From positions 32,001 to 96,000 of the forward strand of contig CAWCKH010000005.1 in assembly GCA_963796055.1 (NCBI GenBank): a DNA stretch of 64,000 bases. Reading direction: 5' to 3'. How positions within the stretch are numbered: position 1 is the stretch's first letter; every line of letters starts with the position of its first letter. Shown here in pieces: positions 22,748 through 34,356 of the stretch. This stretch comes from an uncultured delta proteobacterium (GTDB lineage: Bacteria > Myxococcota > Myxococcia > Myxococcales > Myxococcaceae). The translations under genes and the position numbers were made by a program. Under the pieces are notes generated by a model, which was given only the letters and a program-made list of their open reading frames with translations, did no database searches and was not told the DNA's origin.

Positions 22748-25700
22748 TCAGTCCTCGGCGAACAACGTCTCGATGTCCTGCTCTGTCAGGCCTTCGGACA
22801 GCCCGCCGCCCGGGCCGAGGATGCCCTGGGCGAGCTCACGCTTTCGTTGCTGCAGGGCGAGGATCTTCTCCTCCACCGTGCCGCGGGTGATGAGCTTGTA
22901 GGCGATGACCGCCCGGGTCTGGCCGATCCGGTGGGTCCGGTCGGTGGCCTGGTCCTCCACCGCGGGGTTCCACCACGGATCGTAGTGAATGACGTAGTCC
23001 GCCGCGGTCAGGTTCAGACCCGTCCCGCCGGCCTTGAGGCTGATGAAGAAGATCGGCGGACCGTCGTCGCGGTTGAAGGCGTCCACCCGCGCCATGCGGT
23101 CCCGCGTCCGGCCATCGAGCGAGAGGAAGGAGATCCCCCGTCCCTGCGCGTGCGCCTCGAGCAGCCGGAGCATCTCGGTGAACTGGCTGAAGACCAGCGC
23201 CCGGTGCCCCTCGGCGAGCAGGTCGTCCACCAGCTCGTCGAAGCGCTGCAGCTTCGCCGAGGGCGGCAGTGAGGCCGTGCCCGGCAGCTTGAGCAGCCGC
23301 GGATCGTTGCACACCTGCCGGAGGCGGAGCAGCGCGGCGAGGATGGACACCCGGGCGCGCTTGAAGCCCACCTTCTGGATGCTCTCCTGCACCTTGGCCC
23401 GGCTCTCCTCGAGCACCTCGCGGTAGAGCGCCGCCTGGGCGGGCTCCATCTCGCAGTAGGCCACTGTCTCCGTCTTCGGCGGCAGGTCCTTGGCCACCTC
23501 GATCTTGAGCCGCCGCAGCACGAAGGGCTGCACCCGTCGCCGCAGCCGCTCGCGGGCCCCGAGGTCGGCCGCCACCTCGATGGGCTGCTCGTACCGCTCG
23601 GCGAAGTCCTCCTCGGCCCCGAGGAAACCGGGCATCAGGAAGTCGAAGATGCTCCACAGCTCGGACAGCCGGTTTTCCAGCGGGGTGCCGGTGAGCGCCA
23701 GCCGATGGTCGGCGGGGAGCGCCTTGCAGGCCTGCGCCGTCGCCGACCCGGCGTTCTTGATGTTCTGCGCCTCGTCGAGCAGCACGTAGCGCCAGCGGGT
23801 CTTCACCAGCTCGTCGCGGTCACGCCGGGCGAGCGCGTACGAGGTCAAGACGAGATCTGCGCCGGCCAGATCCTCCACGCGCTCCCGCCGGTCCTGACCG
23901 TGCCAGACCGCCACACGCAGCCCCGGGGTGAAGCGCTCGGCCTCGCGCTGCCAGTTGGGGAGCACGCTGGTCGGGGCGACCACCAGCGACGGCTGCCCTC
24001 CGCCCTCGGCGTTGCGCGCCTGCTGCAGCAGGGCGAGCGCCTGCACCGTCTTTCCCAGGCCCATGTCGTCGGCCAGGATGCCGCCCAGCCCGTGGCGGTG
24101 GAGGAACCACAGCCAGGAGAGACCGTCCTCCTGGTAGTGGCGCAGGGTGGCGGTGAGACCTTCGGGCGCGGGCACCGCCGGGATGCGCGACAGCTCCTTG
24201 AACTCGGTGATGGCGGTGCGGGCGCGGGACTCGAAGCGAGCCCCCTCGCCCAGGGCGGTGAGCGCATCCAGCGCCCCGGCCTGGTACGGCGGCAGCTCGG
24301 TCCGCGCCTTGCCGGGGAGCGCGCCGGCCTCCTCGAGCAGGTCCGCGGCCTGGGTCAGCTCGTCCCGGTCCGCCTCGGCGTAGCTACCGTCCGGGAGCGG
24401 GATGAAGCGCCTGCCGGAGCGGAGCCACAGCCGGACTGCGCCCAGGTCCACCGTCTGCTCGTCCGCCTCGAAGCGCGCGTCGAGCTCGAACCACCCGTTG
24501 TTCCCGGCCGCGACCCGGACCTTCGGCCGGAGCTTCCGGCGCATCCGGATCTTCGGCGCCCTGGCCAGGAAACGCTCCCAGTCGGCGGGAAGCGTGCCGA
24601 GACCGGTGCTCCAGAAGGCCACCGCGGCGTCACCGGTGGCCTCGTACGCGCTGCCCTGCGAGTCGTACTTGAAACCGAGGGTGAGCAGCGCCTGGCCCGC
24701 CTCGCGCTCGGCGGCCTCCTGCCGGCGGTAGAGCGTGCGGCCCTGGCTGCCCGGGGAGGCGGCGTAGCCCAGGTGAACCGCAGTGGGCGAGACCGGCACC
24801 GTGGCCGTCCCGTAGCGTGCGGCGAGCTGCGCCCGCGCCTTCTCCGCCGAGCCCTCCAGGCTGAGGAGGAAGACCGGCCGCTGGTCCTCGACCACGTCCA
24901 GCCCGTCCGCCCGCAGGCGGAGGTCGATGCGCGGCAGGTGCGCGGCGAAGAACGAGAGCGCCCGCTCCACCTGGCCGGTGGGGAAGGTCATGCTCGGCTC
25001 CCGCAGCCACGCCCGCCACATGCGCGCCGGGAGGTCGGGCTCGAGCGCGTACGCGCTCTGTCCCTCCAGCAGCACCGTGGTCCGCCGGCCGATGAGGAGC
25101 AGGGAGGTGTCGAACCCGGTGGTCCGGCAGTCCGGCAGCTGGAACTCGATGCGCGCCCGGGCCCCGCCCGCGGTGGACGAGAGGTGAATCTGTGGCCTCG
25201 CCGGCTCGGCCGGGAACTGGAGCGCGGTGCCCCGGTACACCACCCGCCGCGTCCGGAGCAGGGGAAGGAGGTCCGCCACGTCGTCGTCGCTGAGGATGAA
25301 CTTGCCGTCGAACCGGCTCTCGTGACGGGCGAGCTCGCCGAAGATCCGCTCGTCGGCAGGGGACAGCCTGGTGCCACCGGAGAGGAAGCGCTTCACCGAC
25401 AGCGGCCCACCGTCCTTCCCGTCGCGCCGCCGGACGTCGAAGAGCCAGGAGCGCCCCGACGCCCGCAGGTGGGCCGGGGCGAGCCGGTAAACGAACGAGG
25501 GCTCCCCGGCCGCGGAGACGCCCAGCCACGACTCGAGCTTGGCCAGCGCCGGAAGGCTGACCACGTCGGCCGGGCGCCCCGGCTCCGGAGGGCGCGGAGC
25601 CCCGAGGCTCTCGGGCTGGTCGGCGTGGGCGAGGGCAACCACATGCTTGCAGTGCGGACCGCCATACTCACCCCAGGCTGGACAGCTGCACCGGGACCGG

Positions 25701-25933
25701 ACCGTCCCCTCCGGGGTGAGGCCGACCTCCACCTGGTAGACCTCGCCCGCGCTGCCCGCCACCTCGCCCCGGCGCAGGCCGTCCTCGTCGTTCGACCAGC
25801 GCTTCACCCGACCCTCGCGCGCGACGTCCCGGCCCTTCTTGAAGGTGGTGGGCTGGACCTCGTTGCGGAGCGCCTCGATCAGCGCGTGGGGGTTGCTCGC
25901 AGGGGCTGAATCTGGCTCGGGCAGGGGATCCAC
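22748..25933 (-). CDS. SWIM zinc finger plus SNF2-family helicase
   Basis: CSC...CKH SWIM motif, ADDMGLGKT, DEAQ, TGTPLEN and QATDRTHRIGQ. Confidence 0.95.
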   Translation of the reverse strand: MDPLPEPDSAPASNPHALIEALRNEVQPTTFKKGRDVAREGRVKRWSNDEDGLRRGEVAGSAGEVYQVEVGLTPEGTVRSRCSCPAWGEYGGPHCKHVVALAHADQPESLGAPRPPEPGRPADVVSLPALAKLESWLGVSAAGEPSFVYRLAPAHLRASGRSWLFDVRRRDGKDGGPLSVKRFLSGGTRLSPADERIFGELARHESRFDGKFILSDDDVADLLPLLRTRRVVYRGTALQFPAEPARPQIHLSSTAGGARARIEFQLPDCRTTGFDTSLLLIGRRTTVLLEGQSAYALEPDLPARMWRAWLREPSMTFPTGQVERALSFFAAHLPRIDLRLRADGLDVVEDQRPVFLLSLEGSAEKARAQLAARYGTATVPVSPTAVHLGYAASPGSQGRTLYRRQEAAEREAGQALLTLGFKYDSQGSAYEATGDAAVAFWSTGLGTLPADWERFLARAPKIRMRRKLRPKVRVAAGNNGWFELDARFEADEQTVDLGAVRLWLRSGRRFIPLPDGSYAEADRDELTQAADLLEEAGALPGKARTELPPYQAGALDALTALGEGARFESRARTAITEFKELSRIPAVPAPEGLTATLRHYQEDGLSWLWFLHRHGLGGILADDMGLGKTVQALALLQQARNAEGGGQPSLVVAPTSVLPNWQREAERFTPGLRVAVWHGQDRRERVEDLAGADLVLTSYALARRDRDELVKTRWRYVLLDEAQNIKNAGSATAQACKALPADHRLALTGTPLENRLSELWSIFDFLMPGFLGAEEDFAERYEQPIEVAADLGARERLRRRVQPFVLRRLKIEVAKDLPPKTETVAYCEMEPAQAALYREVLEESRAKVQESIQKVGFKRARVSILAALLRLRQVCNDPRLLKLPGTASLPPSAKLQRFDELVDDLLAEGHRALVFSQFTEMLRLLEAHAQGRGISFLSLDGRTRDRMARVDAFNRDDGPPIFFISLKAGGTGLNLTAADYVIHYDPWWNPAVEDQATDRTHRIGQTRAVIAYKLITRGTVEEKILALQQRKRELAQGILGPGGGLSEGLTEQDIETLFAED

Positions 25934-26026
25934 GGCGAACCCAAAGAGCTAACACGGGAATGTGCCCTCCGCCCGTGTCATCCACGTCGCGGTCGCCGGA
26001 CGTTCGGGGTAGACCAGGGAAGGTCC

Positions 26027-27544
26027 ATGCCCCTCGCGGCCCCGGCGCCCCACCCCTCGGCTCCCCCCGTGCCCGCCGAGCGCCCGGTCCGGTTCCGCGC
26101 GCTGGCCTGGACCAGCGGGCTCCTGGCCGTCCTCACCGGCGCCCGGCTGCTCGTCGAGGCGTTCAGCCGCAACCGGCTCCTGCTGGACCACCCGTCCGGA
26201 GCGTGGGCGACGCTCGCCGACGATCTGCTGCACGGCACGTTCTACCGCCCGGTGGAGTCGTCGCTGGGCTGGGGAGGAACGCGCTACCCGCCGCTCTATC
26301 CGGTGCTGTACGCGGGGGTGGGCCGGGTCCTCGGCTCCCTTCCGCCCGCTGCCGAGCTGCTGGAGCTGCTCTCGCTGGTGGCCCTGGTGGGGTGCACCTT
26401 CCTGCTCCTCGAGCGCGTCGGGGTCCGGCGACGGCTGGCGCTGCCGGGCGCGCTGGTGGTGCTGGCGCTCGTTCCGGTGCAGAGCTTGCTCGGCCTGGGG
26501 AAGGCGGACCTCCTGGCCTCGGCGCTGTCGATGGCCGGGCTGGTGGTCGCCACCCGAGAGGGCACGTGCCGGCGGGAGGTGGCAACCGCCCTGCTCTTCT
26601 CGCTCGCGGTGCTGACCAAGTGGACGGTGGTGGGAGGACTGCTGGCCTGGGTGACGCACGCGTGGGTCCACGGCCGGCGTCGGGCGGCCCTCGAACGGGC
26701 GGCGCTGGTGGGCGGCATGCTCGCGGTCGGCATCGGGGCCGCGCAGCTCGGCAGCGGGGGCGAGATGCTGCGCCAGCTGCGCGACTGCGCCGGCGGCGGC
26801 GGTGGCCCGCTGGGGCTGCTCACCGCGCCGAACGAGTTTCTCCAGAAGGCAGATCCCGTGGACCTGGCCCTCCTCGTCCTCACCGCCGGCGCCCTCGCCA
26901 CTGCCGCCCCCGGCAGCTGGCGCATGCTCCCCGTCCTGGCGTTCCTCTGGACCTCGCTCTGCACCCTGGTGCTGTTCGCCTCCCCGGGGATCGCAGAGAA
27001 CCACCTGCTGGACCTGACGGTGCTCGGGCTGGTGGTCTTCCTGATGCTCGTCGACCAGGGCGCGGTGCCCGCCCGGTTCGCCGCCGTCGTCCTGCCGCTG
27101 TACACCGTCCTGGCGGTCAGCCGGTTCGCGCCGGAGGTCGTGGAGGGGCTGACCAGGACCCCCCCACCCGCCGAGGTGCTGGGCCGGCTGGGCTCCCCCG
27201 CCGAGGGACCGCTCCTGGCCGAGAACCCGTGGGTGCCGCTCCTCGCCGGCGAGCGGCCGGTGCTGGCGGATGCCTTCAGCTTCCGCTTCCTGGCGCTGAA
27301 GCATCCCGAGCTCATGCGACATCTGGTGAACGATCTCGAGTCACATCGGTTCCGCGCGGTCGTGCTCCGCATGCCGGTGGACGACCCGGACGGGCGCGAC
27401 TGGTACGAGGGGACGCACTTCGGCCCGGGCTTCGTCCAGGCACTGAGACGTTCGTACACGAAAGTCGCGAGCTTCCGGACCAAGCCGCGGGCTTACTGGA
27501 CGCATGACATCTGGGTGCCTCGCCGGACGGGAACGTCGCGCTAG
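26027..27544 (+). CDS. Polytopic membrane protein, putative GT-C glycosyltransferase
   Basis: TM, periplasmic loop with YPPLY, KAD motif, many TMs and a soluble C-terminal domain. Confidence 0.65.
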   Translation: MPLAAPAPHPSAPPVPAERPVRFRALAWTSGLLAVLTGARLLVEAFSRNRLLLDHPSGAWATLADDLLHGTFYRPVESSLGWGGTRYPPLYPVLYAGVGRVLGSLPPAAELLELLSLVALVGCTFLLLERVGVRRRLALPGALVVLALVPVQSLLGLGKADLLASALSMAGLVVATREGTCRREVATALLFSLAVLTKWTVVGGLLAWVTHAWVHGRRRAALERAALVGGMLAVGIGAAQLGSGGEMLRQLRDCAGGGGGPLGLLTAPNEFLQKADPVDLALLVLTAGALATAAPGSWRMLPVLAFLWTSLCTLVLFASPGIAENHLLDLTVLGLVVFLMLVDQGAVPARFAAVVLPLYTVLAVSRFAPEVVEGLTRTPPPAEVLGRLGSPAEGPLLAENPWVPLLAGERPVLADAFSFRFLALKHPELMRHLVNDLESHRFRAVVLRMPVDDPDGRDWYEGTHFGPGFVQALRRSYTKVASFRTKPRAYWTHDIWVPRRTGTSR

Positions 27545-28857
27545 AGGTAGAGCGCCAGGTACGCTGCCCCCACCAGGTAGATCGCCACCGACAGCCCGAG
27601 CGCGACGGCGATCGACCTCGGTCGCCACCGCGAGAGCCCCATCGCGGTCAGCAGGATCAGCGGGACGGTGAAGTCGAGCGTGTACCGCGGCCCCCACTGC
27701 ACGTACCCGGTGCCCATCACCAGCAAGATCGGGACGGCGGTCAGCAAGATCGAGACGACCAGCGCGCGCACCGAGCCCGGCGGACCGCGGCGTGCCCAGA
27801 ACGCGGCGAGGAAGAGCGGCGTCATCCAGAACAGGCCGCCGCCCTGGAGGCTCTCGAAGCCGGGAACGAGCGGATAGGTGAGCAGCTCGTAGAAGACGTT
27901 GCGCGGCAGGTAGTGAAGGCTGAACAGCCCGTGGCGGGCGTGGGCCTCGACGAACGCCCCGCCCATCCGGTGAAAGCGGATCCCGCTCTCGAGGATGGAG
28001 CCGAACCGCGCCTGATCGTAAAGGCCGAGGAGCGCGAGGGTGGCGAGCACCGGGAGCGCTCCTGCCCCGAGCACCGCCGCGCGTCGTCTCGCCCCGGTCG
28101 CCCGTGACAGCAGCGCCCAGGCCGGCCAGACGCCGGCGAGGATCAGGTGGGTCCGGGTGGCGAGGGCGGCGGAGAGCGCCAGTCCCGCCAGGAGCGCCCC
28201 CAGCGCGCCGCGCATCCGGATGGCGGCGAGGTACGCCAGGCCGAGCGCGGCGAAGCCGACCAGCTGCCCGGTGAACCACACCCGACCGAACGGGGCGAGG
28301 GTGCAGTGCACCGACCCGAAGGCGAAGCAGGCGACCAGCGCGCCGCGGCGCACCCGGTCGAGCCGGAGCCAGCGCCCCGCGACCGCCGCCCGGAGCAGCG
28401 CGGCGACGAGGGCCACGTCGAGCGCCCCGAGCACCACCGTGAATCCGACGTCGCTGAAGCGCACGCCCCACAGCGCGACGAAGGGGAGCAGGAGCAGGGC
28501 GGGAAGCGGCCCCCAGTAGAGGTACGTCTTTCCGTCCACCACGCTCAGGTCGTGGACGTCCGGCGGACGGAGCCGGAGGCTCGTCTGAGCGTGCAGGAAG
28601 GCGTCAGCGAGGTAGCCGTAGTACGGGAACGGGGAGACGCCACGCGGGTCGCCGTGCCACAGGGCGAAGGCGGCGTAGACGACCAGCGCCGCCGCCGCGG
28701 CGATCCAGGGACGGTCGGCGAGCGCGATCGCCTTCCAGAGGGCTACCGGACGCCAGCCTCCCCGGACCGACATCGCCTGTCCGCTCGACCGCGCCAAGGC
28801 CGGACCCGGTCCACCGGGAGCACCGCGGTCCGGCGACGTGCTCACCGGGCCACTCAT
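27541..28857 (-). CDS. Polytopic membrane protein, putative GT-C glycosyltransferase
   Basis: DLS...YLYWGPLP loop, many TMs and late GPRY motif. ATGA overlap with the upstream gene. Confidence 0.65.
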   Translation of the reverse strand: MSGPVSTSPDRGAPGGPGPALARSSGQAMSVRGGWRPVALWKAIALADRPWIAAAAALVVYAAFALWHGDPRGVSPFPYYGYLADAFLHAQTSLRLRPPDVHDLSVVDGKTYLYWGPLPALLLLPFVALWGVRFSDVGFTVVLGALDVALVAALLRAAVAGRWLRLDRVRRGALVACFAFGSVHCTLAPFGRVWFTGQLVGFAALGLAYLAAIRMRGALGALLAGLALSAALATRTHLILAGVWPAWALLSRATGARRRAAVLGAGALPVLATLALLGLYDQARFGSILESGIRFHRMGGAFVEAHARHGLFSLHYLPRNVFYELLTYPLVPGFESLQGGGLFWMTPLFLAAFWARRGPPGSVRALVVSILLTAVPILLVMGTGYVQWGPRYTLDFTVPLILLTAMGLSRWRPRSIAVALGLSVAIYLVGAAYLALYL

Positions 28858-30425
28858 CGCGCCGCCTTGACGTAGAGCACCAGCGGCCCCTGCACGAAGG
28901 CGCGGTGGAAGCTCGGCGGCACCAGCTCGGCGAACCCGGGCTGCTCGTCCCAGGTGAGTAAGTGGTCGAACCGGGGCTCGGCGATGGCCCAGAACCGGCG
29001 CCAGCGCTCCTCGAAGCGCCGGCGGCACTCCGGACTTCCCGGCGGAGGGCCGTCGCCGCACACCGCCTCGGGCGATTTGTTCGACCTCGCCATCTCGTCG
29101 AGGGCCGGTGGGAGCAGCTCGGGCGGTTCCCAGCGCACGTAGGTGAGTGGGTAGCTGCGCTCCACCGCGAAGAGGAGCGGCGCCGTCGTCCGCCGGGCGA
29201 GCACGTAGCAGCCCCAGGCGTGCTTGAGCGGCTCGGTGAACGGGGCGCTCCCGTTGTGCTCGAAGACCAGCGGCAACAGCCGCGCGCCCACCGCCACGTG
29301 GGGGATGGCGGCGCAGAACGCCTGCCGCTCGTGCTCCAGCCGCCGGTAGTCCACGGTCATCGCCGCGGCGTAGAGCACCGCCGCGGCGGCGAGCCCGCGG
29401 ACGAGCGGGCGCGGCATCGCCTCAGGCGCGCGCACCAGCAGGCCGGTCCAGAGGAACGGAATCACCCGGGCGTTGAACAGGCCCCAGTTGCTCTGGGAGG
29501 CGGGCAGCGCGAAGTACATCAGGAAGAGCAGTGCCATCGCCGGCCAGCGGAAATAGGGAACCGGGCGACCCCGCTCGCGCCACGCGGACACGGCCAGCAC
29601 CGCGGCCGGGAGCAGCGCCGTCGCCTCCAGCCAGCTCAGACCGGCGGGCCCGTGCGACCAGAGCTGGGAGAGCGTCCGGAGCGGCGGGAGGTAGAGGATG
29701 CCCGCCTCGAGCAGCGGCGGACGAGCCTCGGGCTTGAGCCAGTGGACCGCGGCGGTGGCCATCGACAGGAGCAGCGCCGGCACGAAGGGGCCAACCGCGC
29801 CGACCAGGCGCCCGGGCCAGAGCCGCCGGGGAACGGTCAGTAGCAGTTCGAGGCCGACCAGCCCCGTGGCCATGGTGATGGGGAACGGGTGCCCGTACCA
29901 GGCGGCGACGCCCAGCGTCGCGAGGCCCAGCGTCTTTCCCGGGCCCGGGGCGCGCGCGCGGAGGTGGGCGAGGGCCAGTGCCCCGATCGCGCCGGCCGTC
30001 CCCACCGAGAAGTTGAGCAGCCCCACCGGCACGAAGAATCCATGCACCATCGGCCAGGCGAGGAGCGTCACCGCAGGCAGGCGCTCCGGCCCGGCGAGGC
30101 TCCAGCCCAGCCAGGCCAGCGCGGTTGCCATCGCCAGCAGTGTCAGGGCGACGAAGAGCCGCGCCGCTCCCACGAGCCCCAGCGGGCGGGCCACCACGTG
30201 AAGCCACAGGGCGAGCAGCGCGTTGGAGCGGAGGAAGCCGTTCGCCTGGAGGTCGGGGTAGTCGGCCAGGTGCTCGGCGATGAAGGCGCTGGCGAGGTGG
30301 TTGGGGAGATCCTGCAACGGAGGCACGGTGCCGAGGAGCAGCGGCACGGCGGCGACCACGAACAGGGCGAAGGCGGCCCGGCCGGGGCGGCCGAACCAGC
30401 GCTGGGGCCAGACGTCCGTCGTCAT
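28854..30425 (-). CDS. Polytopic membrane protein, putative GT-C glycosyltransferase
   Basis: PPLQDLPNH loop after the first TM, GLLNF, many TMs and a soluble C-terminal domain. ATGA overlap. Confidence 0.65.
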   Translation of the reverse strand: MTTDVWPQRWFGRPGRAAFALFVVAAVPLLLGTVPPLQDLPNHLASAFIAEHLADYPDLQANGFLRSNALLALWLHVVARPLGLVGAARLFVALTLLAMATALAWLGWSLAGPERLPAVTLLAWPMVHGFFVPVGLLNFSVGTAGAIGALALAHLRARAPGPGKTLGLATLGVAAWYGHPFPITMATGLVGLELLLTVPRRLWPGRLVGAVGPFVPALLLSMATAAVHWLKPEARPPLLEAGILYLPPLRTLSQLWSHGPAGLSWLEATALLPAAVLAVSAWRERGRPVPYFRWPAMALLFLMYFALPASQSNWGLFNARVIPFLWTGLLVRAPEAMPRPLVRGLAAAAVLYAAAMTVDYRRLEHERQAFCAAIPHVAVGARLLPLVFEHNGSAPFTEPLKHAWGCYVLARRTTAPLLFAVERSYPLTYVRWEPPELLPPALDEMARSNKSPEAVCGDGPPPGSPECRRRFEERWRRFWAIAEPRFDHLLTWDEQPGFAELVPPSFHRAFVQGPLVLYVKAAR

Positions 30426-31396
30426 CGGGCGATGGACTGGGGGCCGCGGTCGCGCTCGGTGGCGGCGGCGGCCGAGGTTTCCTCGGCGACGATGTAGAGG
30501 GGCCGGCGCTTCACCTGCTCGTAGATCCGACCGACGTACGAGCCCACGATGCCCAGGAGCAGGAACTGCGCCGCCGCGATGAGGGTGACGACGATGATCA
30601 GCGAGGTCCACCCCTGGATGGTGACGTGCCGGATGTAGTGCTCCTCGAGCGCCCAGGCCGCCACCGCCAGGGAGAAGACTCCCACCACCAGGCCGAGCCA
30701 GGTGGCAATCCGGAGCGGGACGGTGCTGAAGGAGGTGATGCCGTCCATGGCGAAGCGGGCCATCTTCCCCACCGAGAACTTGGTGACCCCGCCCGCCCGC
30801 TCGGGGCGGTCGTACTCCACCACCGTCTGACGGAACCCCACCCACGCCACCAGCCCGCGGAGGAAGCGGTGCGTCTCCTCGAGGCCGCGCATCGCCAGCA
30901 CCACCCGGCGGGACATCAGCCGGAAGTCCCCCGAATCCGGGACGGTGGGCACGGGCGCGATGGAGGCGAAGAGCCGGTAGAAGACCCGGGCGGTGAGCGC
31001 CTTGAAGGCCGAGTCGTGCTCGCGGCGGCGGCGGCGGGCGTGCACCACGTCGAACCCCCCACGCCAGCGAGCGACGAGCTCCAGCACCACCTCGGGTGGG
31101 TCCTGGAGGTCGGCGTCCATCACCACCACCGCCTCGCCGAGGGCGTGGTCCAGCCCCGCGCTGATGGCCGACTGATGCCCGAAATTGCGCGAGAGGCTCA
31201 GGACCCGGAAGCGCGGGTCGGCGTGGGCCGCATCCTTGAGGAGCCGGAGGCTGCCGTCGGCCGAGCCATCGTCGACGAAGAGGACCTCGGTGGCGACGTC
31301 GAGCACCCCCAGCAGCGCGCGCAGCCGCTCGAGCAGCGCGGGGAGGACCTCCTCCTCGTTGAACACCGGGAGCACCAGGGACAGGGTCGGAGCCAC
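30422..31396 (-). CDS. GtrB-like bactoprenol glycosyltransferase (GT2)
   Basis: PVFNEE, DDGS, SRNFGHQ, DADLQDPP, GDFRLM and two C-terminal TMs. Confidence 0.93.
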   Translation of the reverse strand: MAPTLSLVLPVFNEEEVLPALLERLRALLGVLDVATEVLFVDDGSADGSLRLLKDAAHADPRFRVLSLSRNFGHQSAISAGLDHALGEAVVVMDADLQDPPEVVLELVARWRGGFDVVHARRRRREHDSAFKALTARVFYRLFASIAPVPTVPDSGDFRLMSRRVVLAMRGLEETHRFLRGLVAWVGFRQTVVEYDRPERAGGVTKFSVGKMARFAMDGITSFSTVPLRIATWLGLVVGVFSLAVAAWALEEHYIRHVTIQGWTSLIIVVTLIAAAQFLLLGIVGSYVGRIYEQVKRRPLYIVAEETSAAAATERDRGPQSIAR

Positions 31397-32241
31397 TACC
31401 GTTCACCCCAGTGCAGCTTCTGCCGGAGGATGCCGAAGTAGTCGATGTTGGGGTTGCTCACCAGCACCGTCCTGTTCGGCGAGCGCCACACCTCGAGCCG
31501 GTCGCCCTGCTGGAGGGGATGGCCGGTCTGCCCGTCGAGCGTCAGGTAGACGTCTGCCCCCGGGGAGCGGAGCACCACGTTCACCACCTGGTCGCCGGGG
31601 ACCACGAACGGACGCTGCGTCAGGGCGTGGGGACAGATGGGGGCGACCACCGCGCACTCCAGCGCCGGGTGGAGGATGGGACCGCCGACGGAGAGCGCAT
31701 AGGCGGTCGAGCCGGTGGGCGTGGCGAGGATCACCCCGTCCGACTTGAAGGTGGTCATGAACTGACCATCGAGGCTCACCTCGTGGTCGGCGATGCGGGC
31801 CAGGGCGCCCTTGTTGATGACCACGTCGTTGAGGACCTCGTCCTCGAGGAGGACTTCCCCCGCCCGGTGGAGGCGGCAGGCCAGCTTCATGCGGGTGTGG
31901 AGGCGGGCCTTCCCGGACAGCGTCTCGGCGAGCCGCACGAAGGTGTCGGAGCGGGGCACCTCGGTCAGGAAGCCGAGGGAGCCGAGGTTCACCCCCAGGA
32001 TGGGCACGCTGCGCCCGCGGACCATCCGGGCGGCGTGGATGAGGGTGCCGTCCCCGCCGAGCACCAGGATGAGCTCGGCCCGCCGCGCCATCTCCTCGGG
32101 CGGGGTGGCCGGCCAGCCGGTCGCCATGGCGAGCTCCGGCTCGGCGAGCAGCTCGAGCTCGGGGAACCGCGCCCGCACCTGTTGCGCGAGCGCCACTGCC
32201 TCGGCGCTCCCCCGCTTCACCACCACGGCGACCGTCTTCAC
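31396..32241 (-). CDS. nadK: NAD kinase
   Basis: GGDGT, GSLGFL, LND and TPTGSTAY motifs. Confidence 0.96.
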   Translation of the reverse strand: MKTVAVVVKRGSAEAVALAQQVRARFPELELLAEPELAMATGWPATPPEEMARRAELILVLGGDGTLIHAARMVRGRSVPILGVNLGSLGFLTEVPRSDTFVRLAETLSGKARLHTRMKLACRLHRAGEVLLEDEVLNDVVINKGALARIADHEVSLDGQFMTTFKSDGVILATPTGSTAYALSVGGPILHPALECAVVAPICPHALTQRPFVVPGDQVVNVVLRSPGADVYLTLDGQTGHPLQQGDRLEVWRSPNRTVLVSNPNIDYFGILRQKLHWGER

Positions 32242-32278
32242 CTTGGCCCGAAGCTCTTACTACAAGGAGAGCCGAACC

Positions 32279-33604
<1,326 letters not shown>

Positions 33605-34314
33605 TCAGCGTTCGTGGAACTCGAGCACCGTGGCAGTGTCGACGTCGCCGGCCAGGAAGAGCATTCCGTACAGCTTTCCGGCGGGGTCGTAGCCGAAGCT
33701 GAGGAGGTAGGTGTTCCATCCCAACGGGAGGGTCGACCATCCGTCCGCTCCGCGTGAGAGCAGCACCCCATCGGCCTCGCCCCCCAGCAGAGCCGCCGGG
33801 CGCATGCCGGCAGTGTTCGCCGCGATGAGGTGAGGGAGGCCGCAGCAGAGCGTCGGAAGCGGCTTCGGCGACGACCAGACCGGGCCCTCGCGGTGGAGAA
33901 CGAACGCCTCCGTGTCGAACCCGATGCCCTCTTGCCTCACCATCAGATCGAGGCTCGTGGCACCGGCCAGCAGCTCGAGATCCGGGAGCGAGATCGAGCT
34001 CGCCAGCGTGGTCGCCTGCCAGCTCCCGGCGCGCTCCAGCACCAGGAGCCCCTGGTCTCCCGAGGCGGCGACCTCGATGCGTCCGTCGGGGGCGACGGCG
34101 ATCGCCAGCCCGTGGAGGCTGGTCATGGGGGTGAGGGTGGCGGCGGGGGACTCGACCAGGTACCCCGAAGGATGCTCGAGTCGAGGCCGAAGGCCGGATC
34201 CATCGGCGTCGCCGTCATCGCCTCGGCCGCGCCGGACTGCACCACCACCGGGGAGACGGCTCGCAGGGACCCGGCCAGGACGAGGACGCTGAGGAACCAG
34301 GTTCGACGCTGCAT
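33605..34314 (-). pseudogene. Exported beta-rich protein split across two frames (probable internal deletion)
   Basis: Signal-peptide ORF from 34314 shifts near 34180 into a second frame (LEHPSGY...LEFHER*) that has no natural start. Confidence 0.5.
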
Positions 34315-34356
34315 GCCTTCCCCCCCAGGACCCTTGGACGATCGCTCGGCCGTGGC

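Noticed and set aside
22748..25933. SNF2 helicase as part of an anti-phage system
   Set aside because: No accompanying defence genes; it sits in a housekeeping context beside recN.
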